NCBI GenBank assembly: GCA_003104905.1
Contig: PQAS01000001.1
Span: 108,230 to 132,229 of the forward strand
From: Candidatus Methanoperedenaceae archaeon
Lineage (GTDB): Archaea; Halobacteriota; Methanosarcinia; Methanosarcinales; Methanoperedenaceae
DNA: 24,000 bases
Direction: 5' to 3'
The number at the start of each line of letters is the position of its first letter. Position 1 is the first letter of the stretch. The notes below the pieces were generated by a model. It worked only from the letters and a program-made list of their open reading frames with translations, was not told the origin of the DNA and ran no database searches. Of this stretch, positions 22,945-24,000 are shown in pieces. A program made the position numbers and the translations under genes.

Positions 22945-24000
22945 TTACAGTCGCATTCGTCCAATTATAAAGAAATCAACGCGCGAATCGACTGTCCCAT
23001 ATATCATTTCTTTTCTAACGCTGTTTGCAAGTCTTACGGCGCGTGAAAGCTGCTGCAGCGAAAAGACATGACTCTGTTCAACCGCATGAACAAGATAATC
23101 AGAATGCGGCAGTTTTATCATATCATCTATTTTTTTATAAACCCTGAAATGCGTCCCGAATTTAAATCCGGTCTTTGGAACAAGCCCATTGTTTCTCAAT
23201 GTTTCATAAACAGCATATTTTATCATGAAATCTGATTCTATACTGGAGGCTGTTTTTACAAACATTTCAAAATCCAACAACTCATGGTTCCTGTTTTCAA
23301 TTTCCAGGATGCCTTTTCTCAAAAGATAACATGATTCTATAAGAGATAATTGTAAATGTCCTTCATCCATTGGTTTGCCAAAAAATCCGTCTTTCTGGAG
23401 TGCTAAAGAGGCATCCTGGTTCCAGACCATGACCCTGTCTTCGAGAAGGCTTGCCTTTGACAATCCTTTATTTAATCCTGATACGTTAGTGCCTGATGGA
23501 GAGGCTTTTTTCACTTCATAATATGTAATATCGCTATCTTCATCTACTATAGCCACAACCAGGCGTTTTTTGAGGTTCTCAACTGTTTCAAGGTGCAGTC
23601 TCAATTGGGAAATTAATAGTGGTATCCGTTCTGATGTAACAAAAACAAAAAATTCAGCTGGCGTTTTTCCAGGATGTCCTCCCCTGGGATAAACCCGAAA
23701 TCCAGTGACTCCCGGCTGGACATAATATCCACGTTCTCTGAGGTCTTTATATACTATATATAATAACTCAAAATTTTTCAATATGGATGAAGCCATAAGG
23801 AAGAAGTCTTCAAAACCAATTTCTCTTTCTTCAAATTCAACTCTTATTTTTTCCATATAAATAAGAAAGGCACTTTCCGGGAGGGAGATTTCAAGGGTGC
23901 CGCCTTTTACGCGGCCGTAATAACTCTTATTATGCAATTCCTCGATTGCCTGTTTTTCAAGTAATACCGAATCTATTATTAATTTTCCTTTAAGTGTCAT
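22945..24000 (-). CDS. endA: tRNA-splicing endonuclease, two-repeat (alpha-prime-2, A. fulgidus / H. volcanii type)
   Basis: This 351-aa protein has two tandem endonuclease units. The C-terminal unit carries catalytic-type residues in conserved context (GFKFGTHFRVYKK, LPHSDYLVH, AVRLANSVRKEM). The N-terminal unit is degenerate (YVQPGVTGFRVYPRG). It is collinear with A. fulgidus EndA as I recall it. The ATG occupies the last three bases of the window, so a longer N-terminus cannot be excluded. Confidence 0.88.
   Translation of the reverse strand: MTLKGKLIIDSVLLEKQAIEELHNKSYYGRVKGGTLEISLPESAFLIYMEKIRVEFEEREIGFEDFFLMASSILKNFELLYIVYKDLRERGYYVQPGVTGFRVYPRGGHPGKTPAEFFVFVTSERIPLLISQLRLHLETVENLKKRLVVAIVDEDSDITYYEVKKASPSGTNVSGLNKGLSKASLLEDRVMVWNQDASLALQKDGFFGKPMDEGHLQLSLIESCYLLRKGILEIENRNHELLDFEMFVKTASSIESDFMIKYAVYETLRNNGLVPKTGFKFGTHFRVYKKIDDMIKLPHSDYLVHAVEQSHVFSLQQLSRAVRLANSVRKEMIYGTVDSRVDFFIIGRMRL

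Overview
The window looks like chromosomal DNA from a Methanosarcinales-type archaeon. That call is an inference from four things: a CofD very close to Methanosarcina CofD as I recall it, a two-repeat EndA, a PGF-CTERM sorting signal with a PGF-pre-PGF-like domain, and a CcmF, which suggests a cytochrome-c-rich lineage such as ANME-2 or Methanoperedens. Coding density is high and I call 22 CDS. I found no rRNA, tRNA, CRISPR array, transposase or integrase. Left to right: glyA (5' truncated) and folD; a large surface protein with five tandem Ig-like repeats; an ACT/UPF0237 plus UPF0210 pair; an AT-rich islet with an orphan multi-TM protein; a six-gene minus-strand cluster of extracytoplasmic thiol/FeS/heme-handling genes (Trx-like lipoprotein, PCYCGC-domain fusion, CcdA, NapH/CcoG-like polyferredoxin membrane protein, Trx-like protein, CcmF); a dodecin-like plus wHTH pair; a minus-strand run of large surface protein, ABC ATPase, ABC-2 permease and cofD; long-form moeA; a PGF-CTERM protein; a small RHH-like ORF; and endA. 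The best candidate for an undescribed system is the 7283-14201 cluster. It joins a split DsbD-like electron conduit and CcmF to two poorly understood components, the PCYCGC fusion and an atypical FeS membrane protein. Secondary leads are a dodecin-like protein that seems to lack the flavin-stacking Trp and sits next to cofD, cofD coupled to an ABC-2 exporter, and a perfect 10-bp inverted repeat over the putative moeA TATA box. All family assignments come from motif recognition by eye, with no searches run. I checked start codons against the DNA, because the ORF track reports GTG and TTG starts as M.
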